NCBI GenBank assembly: GCA_033764015.1
Contig: JANRJK010000023.1
Location: 1 to 64,000, forward strand
Direction: 5' to 3'
From: Candidatus Sumerlaeia bacterium
GTDB lineage: Bacteria > Sumerlaeota > Sumerlaeia > SLMS01 > JANRJK01
DNA length: 64,000 nucleotides
Of this stretch, positions 1 through 10,101 are shown one piece after another (the first letter of the stretch is position 1; each line of letters starts with the position of its first letter). The translations under genes were made by a program, and so were the position numbers. Below the pieces are notes generated by a model. The model was not told the origin of the DNA. It was given only the letters and a program-made list of their open reading frames with translations, and did no database searches.

Positions 1-68
1 AGCAAATCGTCGACCGACGGCGGCAGCACGAGCAGCTGCTCGCGGTCCATGGGAGCCCAGTTCTTCAT
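1..68 (-). mobile_element. 5' end of probable IS1182-family transposase, runs off the window
   Basis: Minus strand from ATG at 68 reads MKNWAPMDREQLLVLPPSVDDL, resembling the IS1182 N-terminal DRxQxxLLPPSxxD motif. Only 22 codons are visible. Confidence 0.5.
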
Positions 69-92
69 CGCCAATGCCTCGCGCCTCGGGAG

Positions 93-713
93 CTACCCTC
101 GGGCGAGCGAACGAGGGGCCAAAGTCCGACAGGCTGCTAGACGGGTCCGAAAGTGCTCACTAACGTGGTCCATCCGCCATAGTGCTTCCCACGTCAGGTC
201 TCTGACCTTCCTGCATAGGTGGTCGAATCCGCAGAGGTGGAAGAGCGACGCCTGAAACGGGACCGGGTTGCAGAGCACGAGCTGGTACTCGCCATCGTCA
301 ACGCCGAACGTGAAGCCCTGCAGCAAAGGCTCTAGGTGAGTCTCAAGCCGCTCCCCCGTATCGCCCTGGGCCGGACCGATCGGATGGATTCGTCCATCGC
401 GGAGTTCGTACTCATTCTTGTGTGGGGATTCGAGAAGGACGCCGAACGACTGAGCTTGATCGTCCCCAAGTGCCGTCCACACCAGCCTCGGTACACCTGC
501 TTCAACGATCACCCTCGCGCGCGAAAGGTCGTCGGGAACTATAGTCTCATCGGAGAAGAAGTCGACAACTCGGCCGCTCCTCACGTACGAATGCAGCGAC
601 ACCATCAAGCGAGTGACTGGTAACTCGAAATCTCCACCGGTACTCCCGATTCGAACTTCAGCCTTCACGACGCTCCCTCCGAAGCAGATGTCGGTCTGCA
701 GGCGACGCTGCAA
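93..713 (-). CDS. hypothetical protein, start uncertain
   Basis: 206-aa ORF with globular-like composition and lower GC than the phage genes; no motif recognised. Confidence 0.45.
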   Translation of the reverse strand: MQRRLQTDICFGGSVVKAEVRIGSTGGDFELPVTRLMVSLHSYVRSGRVVDFFSDETIVPDDLSRARVIVEAGVPRLVWTALGDDQAQSFGVLLESPHKNEYELRDGRIHPIGPAQGDTGERLETHLEPLLQGFTFGVDDGEYQLVLCNPVPFQASLFHLCGFDHLCRKVRDLTWEALWRMDHVSEHFRTRLAACRTLAPRSLARG

Positions 714-777
714 CGCGGGTCAGAGTCCGCGGTTCCTCGCCTCGGCTGCAACCGAATGCTTCGAATCCGGCGCTCCT

Positions 778-814
778 CACCGACGCTTCACCTCCGTTTC
801 CGGTAGCATTCTGG
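778..814 (+). promoter_or_regulatory. 37-bp phage motif, copy 1
   Basis: CACCGACGCTTCACCTCCGTTTCCGGTAGCATTCTGG, 46 bp upstream of the MTase-protease gene; recurs at 7160 and 15110. Confidence 0.7.
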
Positions 815-860
815 TGGGGGCAGGTTCCTCGCCCCCGCCAGACCGCCCCGGGGACGCGCC

Positions 861-3171
861 TTGCCGCCGCTCTTTGCCACCGACCGCGACCGACTGGAGT
901 TCCTGCTGAAGGCCGAGGCGGAGCTGCGCCTCGATCCGGAGCAGCTCACCGCGGAGGCCCGCCAGGCCGCGCCGGACGCGGACCGCCCGCGCTACGTCAC
1001 GAACTACATCGGCTCGAAGCAGAAGCTGGTGGAGTGGATCTGGAAGCACACGCCGGAGAGCGTGGGCTCGGTCATCGACGCGTTCAGCGGCTCCGCGGTC
1101 GTGGCGTACATGTAAAAGGCGCGCGGGCTGAAGGTCATCGCCAACGACCGGCTCCGCTACGCCTGGCACACCGCGCGGGCCATCATCGAGAACGACCGCG
1201 TCACGCTCTCCGCCGAGGAGATCGACGCCCTTGTCGCCGATAACCCGAAGGCTGGGACGTTCGTCCACGACACGTTCAAGGGACTCTTCTTCGAGGAGGG
1301 CGTCCACGCGGTGATCGACGCGATCCGCGCGAACTGCGACGCCCTCGACGGGTTCAAGAAGGACATCGCGCTGTTCGCCCTTGGGAAGACGTGCGCGTCG
1401 GGCGGGTTCGGGCACTTCACGTCCACGCAGGAGAGCGGGCTCCGCAAGGGCGGGCCTGACGACTTCCGCCAGCGGTTCCGCCGCAACGCCGAGCGCATCA
1501 ACGCCCTCGTGTTCGCGAACGGGGAGAGCTGCAAGGCCGTGCGCCGCGACGTGTCGGCGGTGCTCCCGCAGGCGAACGTGGACCTCGCCTACTTCGACCC
1601 GCCCTACGCGACCGAGTTCTCCACGACGAACTACGAGCGCGCGTACCACTTCGTCGAAGGGCTCATGACCTACTGGGACGGGCTCAAGATCGTCGAGGGC
1701 TCGAAGACGAAGTTCTTCGAGAGCGACCACGAGACCGTCACGAAGGGGAACGCGAAGGGGTTCTTCCAGGCGGTGCTCTCTGCCGCGGGCCACATCCCGC
1801 ACTGGATGATCAGCTACCGCGACCACGCCTACCCGAACGAGGAGGAGATGAAGGCGCTCCTCGGCGGGCTCGGGCGGCAGGCGAAGCTCGAGTCCACGGA
1901 CCACCAGTACCTGATCTCCGGACAGACGAACGAGGCCTCGAAGGCGAAGGAGTACCTGTTCATCGCCGCGCCGAAGCCCCGCGCGTCGAAGGCGGCGTGC
2001 GCGTGCGAGCGCCACTGCCACACGTCGCTGCCGGTGGAGATCGCGCTCCGTGCGCAGGCCCTCGACCTCGGTACCGCGCGGACGGACCCGCAGTTCACGT
2101 TCACGCTGTGCCGCGCCGGCACGAACAGGAACGGCGACCACTTCACCGCGGAGGAGCTGGCGGCGCGGCACTCGACGGCGGTGAACAAGAAGATCGACCT
2201 GCAGCACTCGCAGGAGTTTGCGGACATCGTCGGCGGCATCGTCTCGGCGGACTACGTCGAGGATGAGAAGGGCGGCCGCGTCGAGTGCGTCGGCGAGCTG
2301 TACACGGCCGAGTCGGAGCAGGCGCGGCTCGCGCACAAGCTGATCCGCAAGGGGATCATCGCGCAGGTGTCGATGGAGTGCGACTACGCCGAGGGCGAGT
2401 GCTCGATCTGCGGCAAACGCGTGAAGTCGAAGGCGGACTACTGCGTCCACCTCGCGAAGTACAAGGGCGGCGAGTTCCAGGGGAAGCCGGTCCACGAGAT
2501 CCTCCACGGGGTCACGTTCACCGGGCTGGGCCTGCTCGACCGCAAGGGCGCCGACGAGAACGCCCGCATCACCCAGGTGGCATCGGAAGCAACCAGCAGC
2601 ACCCAGACCGAAGGAGGTCCCGCGATGGACGGCAAGGAGGCGGCCGAGGCCGCCAAGAAGAAGGACGGCGAGGGGGGCGCGCCGCCTCCCCCCGATGGAC
2701 GACAAGGCGCGCATGAAGGAGCTGGAGGCCGAGAACAAGGCCCTCAAGGCCCAGGTCGGCGAGCTCCAGAAGCGCATCCAGGAGCTGGAGGCGGAGCAGA
2801 AGTCCGCGGCCAACCGCGCCCGCGCCCAGAAGCTCCTCCGGCGCCTGGAGAAGCACGGGCTCGCGTTCGGCAGCGACGAGGAGCGCGAGACCGAGGTCTC
2901 CCGCCTTGCGAAGCTCAACGACGAGGCGTTCGCCGCCACGGAGGCCGCCTACGACCGGGCTCTCCCGAAGCGCTCCGCCGAGGCCGAGAAGCCCGCGAAG
3001 GCGAGCGCGAAGGAGGAGGACGACCCGCCGATGCGCAGCGACGCCGGCGTGCGGCCCCTCGCCATCGACGACAAGAAGCTCTCGCTGGAGGACCGACTCA
3101 AGTCGGGCTTCCGCGCGGCGCACGATGCCCGGCGGGCCCGCCTCGCCGGTGCCACCTCGGACCAGGACTGA
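861..3171 (+). pseudogene. D12-class/Dam-like adenine methyltransferase fused to head-maturation protease-like domain and coiled-coil scaffold; interrupted
   Basis: MTase motifs YIGSKQKL, DAFSGS and YFDPPY are followed by NRNGDHF..DLQHS..VSMEC..CSICG..YCVH..GLGLL..GAD. In-frame TAA at 1113-1115 (ORFs 861 and 1311 share a frame). One extra C in the C6 run at 2688-2693 separates the 2695-3171 coiled coil. Confidence 0.75.
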
Positions 3172-3180
3172 GAGGCCCCC

Positions 3181-3543
3181 ATGCCCTTCCTCAACCCCAG
3201 CCACCGCGGCCTCGCCTACGGCGACGGCCATATCCAAGGCGACGGCGCGACCGGCCACCTCGTCCGCATCGTCGGCAACGACCTGTTCGCCGTGAACACG
3301 GACGCGACGAAGAAGTCCTTCGGCATCCTCGTGAAGGACTACAAGGGCGGCGAGATGTGCACCGTCTACTGCGACGGCGGCACCTACGAGACCGACGTGT
3401 ACGACGGCACGATCACCACCGGGCAGGACCTGAAGGTATCCGCGAACGGCCGCCTCGCGTCCGGCGCTGGCGCCGCGGACGAGGTCGTCGCCCGGGCCAT
3501 CTCCGTATCGGGCGGGACGCTCAAGTTCCGCCTGCTCATCTGA
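3181..3543 (+). CDS. phage head decoration/cement protein
   Basis: 120-aa Gly-rich beta protein between scaffold and capsid genes. Confidence 0.6.
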   Translation: MPFLNPSHRGLAYGDGHIQGDGATGHLVRIVGNDLFAVNTDATKKSFGILVKDYKGGEMCTVYCDGGTYETDVYDGTITTGQDLKVSANGRLASGAGAADEVVARAISVSGGTLKFRLLI

Positions 3544-3556
3544 CCACCAGGAGCCC

Positions 3557-4417
3557 ATGCAACCGATGGAGACCACGAAGCTGAAGGTCGACAGCCAGGA
3601 GTACATGGCGGCGATGGCAGGCCTGATGGCGGAGGCGCTGGAGTCCGCGGACGGCCTCCGCGCGCTCGCCGCCGCCATCGCCGACCCCATCGAGCAGGAG
3701 ATCGAGCGCAAGGAGGTGTCGTCCCTCCTCCTCACGCGCCACGTCCTGCCGAAGGGCGAGCGCCCCGTGTACCAGAAGAAGCCCAAGGTGAAGGCCTACT
3801 GGATCAGCACCGAGGGCGAGGCCCGCGAGCAGGAACTCGGCAAGGACGAGGTCGAGTTCCCCACGAACCGCATCCACTCGACGCCGATGGTGGACATCTC
3901 CGTGCTCAAGCACGGCAACATCGGCACGCTGATGGACATCCAGACCTCCGCCGCAGACGAGATCCGCAAGGAGATCGACCGGCGCACGATCTCCGTCATC
4001 TCCGCGTCGGTGCCTCCCGAGAACACCGTCCAGGTGATGGGCGGCGCGCTGACCGAGGACGCGCTCAACGAGGCGATCTCGTTCATCGAGGACCTCGAGC
4101 TCTCGGTGAAGTACATCGTCATGCGCGGGCGCCGGTTCGACGACCTGCGCGGCTGGAACCTAGACCCGCAGACGAAGGCGGAGCTGCGCGAGAAGGGCCT
4201 GATCAAGAACTACGGCACCGGCGGCATCCTGCTGTCGGCGTCCTGCGCGCTCGACGAGGTGCTTCTGATCCCCGACGAGGAGATCGGCAAGATGCCCGTC
4301 CGCGAGCCGCTCAAGACCGAGGCCGTCGAGTACAAGACGCGGTTCAAGACCGGCTGGCTCGTCTGGTCCGAGCTCGGCCAGGGCGTCACCCGCCCCGACA
4401 TCATCGCCAAGATCTAG
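3557..4417 (+). CDS. major capsid protein (HK97-like); TAG may be premature by 4 codons
   Basis: 286 aa, AGGAG RBS, position in the head module. The frame continues KI*IVP* to TGA at 4429. Confidence 0.7.
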   Translation: MQPMETTKLKVDSQEYMAAMAGLMAEALESADGLRALAAAIADPIEQEIERKEVSSLLLTRHVLPKGERPVYQKKPKVKAYWISTEGEAREQELGKDEVEFPTNRIHSTPMVDISVLKHGNIGTLMDIQTSAADEIRKEIDRRTISVISASVPPENTVQVMGGALTEDALNEAISFIEDLELSVKYIVMRGRRFDDLRGWNLDPQTKAELREKGLIKNYGTGGILLSASCALDEVLLIPDEEIGKMPVREPLKTEAVEYKTRFKTGWLVWSELGQGVTRPDIIAKI

Positions 4418-4440
4418 ATCGTCCCCTGACGGAGGAACCG

Positions 4441-4767
4441 ATGACCCGACTCAAGAACCTGACGCGTTCCGTGCTGCTGGTGCCGGACGCGAAGCTCCGA
4501 CTGGCGCCCGGCGAGGCCGCCGACGTGCCGGAGCTGACGCCGCAGTGCCTCGCCGCGCTGCGGAGCGGCGTGGCGACGAAGCTGGAGCGGCCCGAGGAAG
4601 AGGAGGAGGAGGCCGCGTTCGTCCGCGAGGAGATCCCGGCCTCTACGGCCACTCCAGTGGTCGAGCCGCCGCCGCGGGCGCCCCGCAAGCGCGAGGCGAA
4701 GGACCCCACGGAAGGCGTCGATGCGCTGAAGGCCCGCCTCGCGGAGGTATCCGGTGGCGGTCCGTGA
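4441..4767 (+). CDS. phage hypothetical protein
   Basis: GGAGG RBS; directly follows the capsid gene. Confidence 0.6.
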   Translation: MTRLKNLTRSVLLVPDAKLRLAPGEAADVPELTPQCLAALRSGVATKLERPEEEEEEAAFVREEIPASTATPVVEPPPRAPRKREAKDPTEGVDALKARLAEVSGGGP

Positions 4768-5212
4768 CATCGTCGCCGCGCTGAGGCTGGACCTGGCGGA
4801 CCCGTCGGCGGGGCTCTTCTCGGACGAAGTGCTCCGCCGATGCGTGTCGAAGGGGGTGGCTCGCGTCGCGGGCGACCTCAAGGTCGCGTTGCGCATCGTT
4901 GGCGAGGAGATCGATCCCGAGCCTGGCGCGGACGCGGTCGAACTCCTGACGATCCTCGGCCAGATCCACGCCTGCCAGTACATGCGCGCCGCGACGGCCA
5001 ACGCGTTCTCGTTCTCGTCGGCGGACAAGCGCGTGGACAAGACGCGCCAGCCCGAGCAATGGGCCGCGCTCGAAGCTACGCTCTGGGCGAGCTACCGGAC
5101 GCGGCTCCGGGAGCTGGTCCCGGGCGCGGGCACCGACGACGAGTTCCTGTACACGCCGACGGGCCTCCGCCCGGTGATCTTCGAGCAGGGAGCCGCGCTC
5201 GATGCTGAGTGA
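4754..5212 (+). CDS. putative head-tail adaptor protein
   Basis: GGAGG RBS + GTG, overlapping operon structure, helical 152-aa protein; call from synteny. Confidence 0.55.
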   Translation: MAVRDIVAALRLDLADPSAGLFSDEVLRRCVSKGVARVAGDLKVALRIVGEEIDPEPGADAVELLTILGQIHACQYMRAATANAFSFSSADKRVDKTRQPEQWAALEATLWASYRTRLRELVPGAGTDDEFLYTPTGLRPVIFEQGAALDAE

Positions 5213-5558
5213 GGCAGAGCAGGCGCAGGCGATCGCCGACGTGCGTGCGCTGATCGTGGGCGCGGGCCAGCGCGCGACGGTGTGGCGTGCCGTCCCGGGC
5301 GAGCGCCTGTTCGGCTCCGATGCCGCGGAGCGCGCCCCGGTCGGCGAGGTTGCCATCGAGTTCCTTCCGGACCCTGCCGAGGACCTCGGGCAGAAGATCG
5401 ACGCCACGGCCTCCCTCCTGCCCGACGCCGACGTGCGGACCGAGGACCGCCTCGCGGTCGACGGCGAGACCTACCGCGTCCAGTCGCTCCAGCCCGAGCG
5501 TCTGTTCGGCGCGGTCACGCACGTGGTGGCGGCCCTGGTGCGCGTGCATGCACGTTGA
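5202..5558 (+). CDS. putative head-closure protein
   Basis: 118 aa with DRLAVDGETYRV beta motif typical of head-tail joining proteins. Confidence 0.55.
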   Translation: MLSEAEQAQAIADVRALIVGAGQRATVWRAVPGERLFGSDAAERAPVGEVAIEFLPDPAEDLGQKIDATASLLPDADVRTEDRLAVDGETYRVQSLQPERLFGAVTHVVAALVRVHAR

Positions 5559-6036
5559 GAAGATCGGCCACTGGGACGAGGTGAAGAAGCTGCTCGCCGG
5601 CAACCTCGGCGCGAAGCTGGCCGCGGCACTCCGCGAGGCGAACCTCCGGAACGCCGTGTTCCTCGTGCGCGAGATCAAGCGCGGCATCCGCAGCCAGGCG
5701 CCCGGCGGCCAGCAGTTCGTGAAGCTGGCCCAAGGCACCATCGACGCGAAGGGATCGAGCAAGGCGCTCATCGACACGGGGTTCCTGATGAACTCCGTGA
5801 CGATGAAGCTGATGCCCGACCACGCGTACGTCGGGCTGCTCGCGAGCGCGGCGAACAAGGACGGCGATTCCCTCGCGATGATCGGCGCGATCATGGAGTA
5901 CGGCGCCACGATCCAGCACCCGAGCGGCGCCACGATCATCATCCCGCCCCGGCCGTTCCTCCACCCGGTGATGGAGAAGTACCGCCCGCAGGTGATCGAG
6001 AACTACCGGGCGGCGATCGCGGGAGTGATGGGATAG
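5548..6036 (+). CDS. phage virion morphogenesis / tail completion protein
   Basis: MHVEKIG start; LIDTGFLMNS, IMEYGA and IPPRPFL motifs. Confidence 0.75.
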   Translation: MHVEKIGHWDEVKKLLAGNLGAKLAAALREANLRNAVFLVREIKRGIRSQAPGGQQFVKLAQGTIDAKGSSKALIDTGFLMNSVTMKLMPDHAYVGLLASAANKDGDSLAMIGAIMEYGATIQHPSGATIIIPPRPFLHPVMEKYRPQVIENYRAAIAGVMG

Positions 6037-6042
6037 TAGCGC

Positions 6043-7050
6043 CTACAATCCCGGGAGATTGGACCAACTCCTGACGTCGGCTTCCAGCTTGGCGGCGAGT
6101 GTCTTGGCGTCGGCCGCGTCGAGGTCACTGACGTCGAAGTACTGCTTACTGCCAAGCATTCCCCCCTTCGTGTCCTTCACGAAGCGGGTCGAGAACATTG
6201 GTCCGAGGAGAAAAGCCTGGGCCGGGCGAGCCCACTCATGCTTGAAGACCATTTCGACCGCCCGTTGTCTGTGGCTCTCAAGGCGGGCCTTCTCGCCCGG
6301 CTGATGCCAAGTCACCCTACTCGTCCGGTCCGCTCCGACCCACACCACTGCCAGAATCTCGGCCACGTACCTGACCGCTTTGTTTTGGTATAGGCCGAAG
6401 TAGCGGCAAGGACGGTGGCTGTAGGCACCACCATCAGCAGGGCAGAGGTAGACTTGTTCGTCGATTTGGATCTGGTAGGTCCCGGCGCAGTTGACGACGT
6501 CCATCCAGTCTCGCCAGGAAGTCAGCAGGTCTTCCTCCCCCAGGAATGTCTCGAACTCGTCGAGCGTCTGCTGGATCGCGATGGGGGGATCGGAGACCCG
6601 AATTGCCGCCAAGAACTGCGTGTAGCTAACTGCTTTCGTCGTCACACCGAGCCCATGACCGAGTCTTGCCAACAGTTCGTCGGTGCCCTTGCCGTCATCG
6701 TTAAAGGTTCCGAGGGCGATGAGGACTCTGCGGCCTGAACGCCCGGAAAGGGCCTTTAAGTGTCGTGAAAGTTGGCCTTCAGAGAAGTCATCGCGGAGCT
6801 TCGTCTCGATGCGGACGAGCAGGGGTTCCTGTTGGAGCGATCCGTCGGGTATCGAGTCTGCATCTCGGCCTTGCTGATGGAACTGAACGCCGATCGCCTG
6901 TTGGACCTCGGGGCCAAGCATTTCTCCCAAAGCGCGCGCGAGCAGCTTCGGATTCTCCTCATACAGGAGCTTCAGCATGAGGAGGCAGTAGTTCGTGATC
7001 CGGTTCTCTTTTCCCTTATACGAAGAGAAAAGGCTGATCGGCTGCGGCAT
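6043..7050 (-). CDS. PD-(D/E)XK nuclease-like protein (moron)
   Basis: IPDG...IETK motif; lower GC; antisense to the phage operon. Confidence 0.6.
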   Translation of the reverse strand: MPQPISLFSSYKGKENRITNYCLLMLKLLYEENPKLLARALGEMLGPEVQQAIGVQFHQQGRDADSIPDGSLQQEPLLVRIETKLRDDFSEGQLSRHLKALSGRSGRRVLIALGTFNDDGKGTDELLARLGHGLGVTTKAVSYTQFLAAIRVSDPPIAIQQTLDEFETFLGEEDLLTSWRDWMDVVNCAGTYQIQIDEQVYLCPADGGAYSHRPCRYFGLYQNKAVRYVAEILAVVWVGADRTSRVTWHQPGEKARLESHRQRAVEMVFKHEWARPAQAFLLGPMFSTRFVKDTKGGMLGSKQYFDVSDLDAADAKTLAAKLEADVRSWSNLPGL

Positions 7051-7159
7051 CAGGCTCTCCTTCTGGGCGGTCCGTCGATCTGACTCCGAATCCGGCTTCT
7101 CGTCGGGGACCGGGTCAAGCAGACCAGGTCGAGGCGGGCCGAAGTCGACTGGTCACCGC

Positions 7160-7196
7160 CACCGACGCTTCACCTCCGTTTCCGGTAGCATTCTGG
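7160..7196 (+). promoter_or_regulatory. 37-bp phage motif, copy 2
   Basis: Identical to 778-814; precedes GGGAGG RBS and GTG at 7220. Confidence 0.7.
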
Positions 7197-7219
7197 CAGG
7201 GCCACGGGAGGCCCTGCGC

Positions 7220-7420
7220 GTGCTGCTCGACACCTTCAAGCCGACGTTCCTGATCCAGATCGAGGGCCAGACGCTCTCGAAGGACATCACGCGGGAGCCG
7301 CCGCTTCCCCGCTGCGCGGCGCCGGCTCGTTCGCCTTCGAGGACAACGAGGAGGAACTCGACGTGATGGAGCTGTGCGTCACGGACCGGAACCTCCAGTT
7401 CGTGGACGACCCGCTGTTCT
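7220..7420 (+). pseudogene. N-terminal fragment of late-control gpD-like baseplate hub protein
   Basis: LDTFKPTFLIQIEGQTLSKDITRE / SFAFEDNEEELDVMELCVTDRNLQFVDDPLF. The two parts are separated by a 29-nt frameshifting GC-rich segment, and the gene is then truncated. Confidence 0.6.
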
Positions 7421-7545
7421 CGGGAAGTGTGCGGTGTGCGAGGTCAGTCCGTCAGGGACTCGGAGAGGCGTCCCATGAAGCCGAAGATCAGCCGCGAGCA
7501 GGTCTCCGCCTGTTCGAAGGCTGCCTTGAAGGCGGGCTCGGCGAG

Positions 7546-7710
7546 CTAGCCTTGATCGAGGGCGGCGTAAAGGTGGCTTCGCACTTCGGCGCACGAACCC
7601 AGCGCGCTGTCGAGGAAGTTGCGGAAGTCTCCGGGCGAGCGTCGTTCGAAGCCCTCAGAAGTGTTCGCCATCACGGATCGAGGGGCGGACCACTTGTCGC
7701 GAAGCGTGTG
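7546..7710 (-). pseudogene. four-helix-bundle (TIGR02436/IVS-like) protein fragment
   Basis: SVMANTSEGFERRSPGDFRNFLDSALGSCAEVRSHLYAALDQG aligns with the intact paralog at 18224-18598. Confidence 0.7.
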
Positions 7711-7773
7711 CCCTTGGTCAGGCCCTGGCTCGCAAGAACCTCTTGACCACGCCGAGCGCATTCAAGGATTCGA

Positions 7774-8157
7774 TTGAATATGAGAAACGTCACCCCGCCT
7801 TCACAAGAGCCGTGCTGCGACCACCCTTCCCTGGGCGTGGCGGGAGTGCGAAGGCTGAAGCGCAGCCTACCGCATGCGGAGGACATCGATGCCGCCTCGG
7901 CGTTCTTTGCATTGGCGGGCAATCCTGTACGGCTGAAGATTCTCGTCGCGCTGAGGACTCAGCAGGAACTCTGCGTTTGCGACATCGCGGAGGTCGCCGA
8001 AGTCTCCACGGCGGCGGTCTCCGCCCACCTGCAGCGTCTGAAGCTCGGTGGGCTGCTGTGCAGCCGGCGCGTGGGGCAGCGGGTTCTGTATTCGCTGTCG
8101 GACCATCCGCTGCATGAAGTCATTGGCGGCGCATTTCCGGCGGAGGCGCGAGCATGA
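7774..8157 (+). CDS. ArsR/SmtB-family metalloregulator
   Basis: FALAGNPVRLKIL..ELCVCDIA..SAHLQRLK..YSL winged HTH. Confidence 0.9.
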   Translation: MNMRNVTPPSQEPCCDHPSLGVAGVRRLKRSLPHAEDIDAASAFFALAGNPVRLKILVALRTQQELCVCDIAEVAEVSTAAVSAHLQRLKLGGLLCSRRVGQRVLYSLSDHPLHEVIGGAFPAEARA

Positions 8158-8555
8158 GCGGCAGCTCGCCCGTCGCGCGGGTCGTCCGCCTCCTTGGCGT
8201 GCTGCTGGTCGCGCTCGTTCTGGTGGCGCGCGCGGTGCCGCCGGCGTGCTGCATGGAACCGGAGCAGCAAAAGGCAGCATGCTGCGGCGCGTGTCCTTCC
8301 GAACGGACCGGCGACGCCCCTGACTTCCCGAGCGATTGCCCACCGACTTGCATCGCGGCGGCGGATGACTTCCTGCCACCGGCGCTGGGCATGGGCGCAG
8401 TCGCCTCGAAACCGCCAGCGCAGTCGCCGCGGGCGGCGCTTGTCGATCCGCGCCCGGATCGCATCGAGCCCTCTTCGGGTCTGTGTGTCTCCGCGCGGCC
8501 GCCCTCATGCGCGCGCGTGCGGATCCATCTGTGGAACCGTGTCCTTCGGCGCTGA
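8154..8555 (+). CDS. Cys-rich exported hypothetical protein
   Basis: ATGA overlap with arsR; hydrophobic N-terminus; CC..CCGAC..C..C; RPP near the C-terminus. Confidence 0.55.
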   Translation: MSGSSPVARVVRLLGVLLVALVLVARAVPPACCMEPEQQKAACCGACPSERTGDAPDFPSDCPPTCIAAADDFLPPALGMGAVASKPPAQSPRAALVDPRPDRIEPSSGLCVSARPPSCARVRIHLWNRVLRR

Positions 8556-8624
8556 CCGGGCCCCGCTGAGCCTGCCGCGGAGCGTCTCGACAACTCGCCC
8601 ACACCCGAAGGAGCACCCTGTGCA

Positions 8625-10100
8625 TTGCCCGTGCTGGCGATCATCCCCATGATCGCCCCAGGAACTCAAGAACGACACCCAGTCCCGGCGCCGCGCATCC
8701 GATGGAGCCTGCGCGTTGGGCTGCCACTGGTACTCGCGCTGGCAATGGCGGCGCTGCTCGGATCGTCCCTCGTGGGCAGTCTCGAATCCGCGCGGCCCGT
8801 CGAGGCGACACCGGTGGTGGAGCTGGCCGCGAAGACTCCGATGGAAGTCGACTCGCCGATCGGGCCCGATACCGCGCGTGTACAAGCCGCGGGATGGATC
8901 GAGCCGGACCCCTACCCCATCGCGGTCGCGGCGCTTGCGTCCGGCACCGTCGCGGAAGTGCTCGTTCGCGAGGGCGACGCGGTGGCCGCGGGAGATGTGG
9001 TCGCGCGACTCGTGGATGCCGATGCGCGGCTCGCCCTGGGTCGTTCGGAGGCGGAGCTGCACGCCGCGGAGGCCTCGTGGCGCCTCAACACGGAAGGCGT
9101 GCGCGCCGTCGCCGTTTCGCGCGCGCGCACGGAGGAGACAAGCGCCGCGCTCGCACTCGCGGAAGCGGAGCGCGACTCCGCCGCGGCGGCGCTGCGCGAG
9201 GCGGAGCGCACGTGGCGCCGCTACGAGACGCTCGCGGAGTCCGGCTCCGCGGCCGAGGCCGACCGCAACGCCGCGGAGGCGGGAAGGAGCATCGCGCGCG
9301 CGGACCTGGACGCCGCCACAGCGCGCATCGCGGTCGCGCGCGCACAGCATGCCGCAGCGCTTGCGGAGAAGCAGGCGGCGGAGGAAGGCGCCGAGCACCG
9401 CGTCGCCGAAGCGCGTGCGCTCGCCATCGCGCGCGTGGAGGCGGAGGAGGCGCGGCTGCGGCTCGAACGCATGGAGCTGCGCGCGCCCGTGGGCGGGGTG
9501 GTGATGCGCCGGCTCGCGGCGCCCGGCACGCGCCTGATGGTGGATTCCGATGCGATGGAGGCCGCGCACGCACTGCTGCTCTACGATCCGCAGCGGCTCC
9601 AGGCGCGCGTGGACGTGCCGCTCGCGGACGCTGCGAAGGTGGGCGTTGGCACGCCCGCGGAGGTGACGGTCGAACTTCTACCCGAGCGAAAGTTCCCGGG
9701 GACTGTCACGCGCATTGCGGGCGAGGCGGACATCCAGAAGAACACGCTGCAGGTGAAGGTGCGCCTCGGCGAATCGGCGCCTGAACTGCGGCCGGAGATG
9801 CTCGCGCGCGTTCGTTTCCTCGATACGCCGCGAGGCGGATCCGCGCCACCTTCCTCCCGTGCCGTGTTCGTGCCTGCAGGGGCGGTGGCCGAGGGACGCG
9901 CCTGGGTGGTTAGCCAATTCGACGGGGCGGAGGGGATCGCTGCCGCTCGGCTAGTCTCGCTCACGGGCGCCGAAACCACCAACGGCTGGCTCGAAGTGCG
10001 CGAGGGCCTGCGCCCCGGTGATCTCGTCGTCGTCGCGGGTGCCAAGGATCTGGCTGAGGGGGTGCGCGTGAAGGTCACCACAAAGACAGGAGACCCATGA
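8625..10100 (+). CDS. efflux membrane-fusion (periplasmic adaptor) protein; start may be 8649
   Basis: TM anchor, lipoyl halves (SGTVAEVLVREGD; RAPVGGVV), long coiled coil, LRPEMLARV. Confidence 0.9.
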   Translation: MPVLAIIPMIAPGTQERHPVPAPRIRWSLRVGLPLVLALAMAALLGSSLVGSLESARPVEATPVVELAAKTPMEVDSPIGPDTARVQAAGWIEPDPYPIAVAALASGTVAEVLVREGDAVAAGDVVARLVDADARLALGRSEAELHAAEASWRLNTEGVRAVAVSRARTEETSAALALAEAERDSAAAALREAERTWRRYETLAESGSAAEADRNAAEAGRSIARADLDAATARIAVARAQHAAALAEKQAAEEGAEHRVAEARALAIARVEAEEARLRLERMELRAPVGGVVMRRLAAPGTRLMVDSDAMEAAHALLLYDPQRLQARVDVPLADAAKVGVGTPAEVTVELLPERKFPGTVTRIAGEADIQKNTLQVKVRLGESAPELRPEMLARVRFLDTPRGGSAPPSSRAVFVPAGAVAEGRAWVVSQFDGAEGIAAARLVSLTGAETTNGWLEVREGLRPGDLVVVAGAKDLAEGVRVKVTTKTGDP

Positions 10101-10101
10101 A

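Noticed and set aside
777..2939. Long antisense and alternative-frame ORFs (e.g. 777-2939, 22218-24416, 54168-56669, 50127-52097, 42340-43356 extension)
   Set aside because: Shadow ORFs of high-GC coding sequence: Arg/Ala/Pro-rich, no motifs, overlapping well-supported genes.
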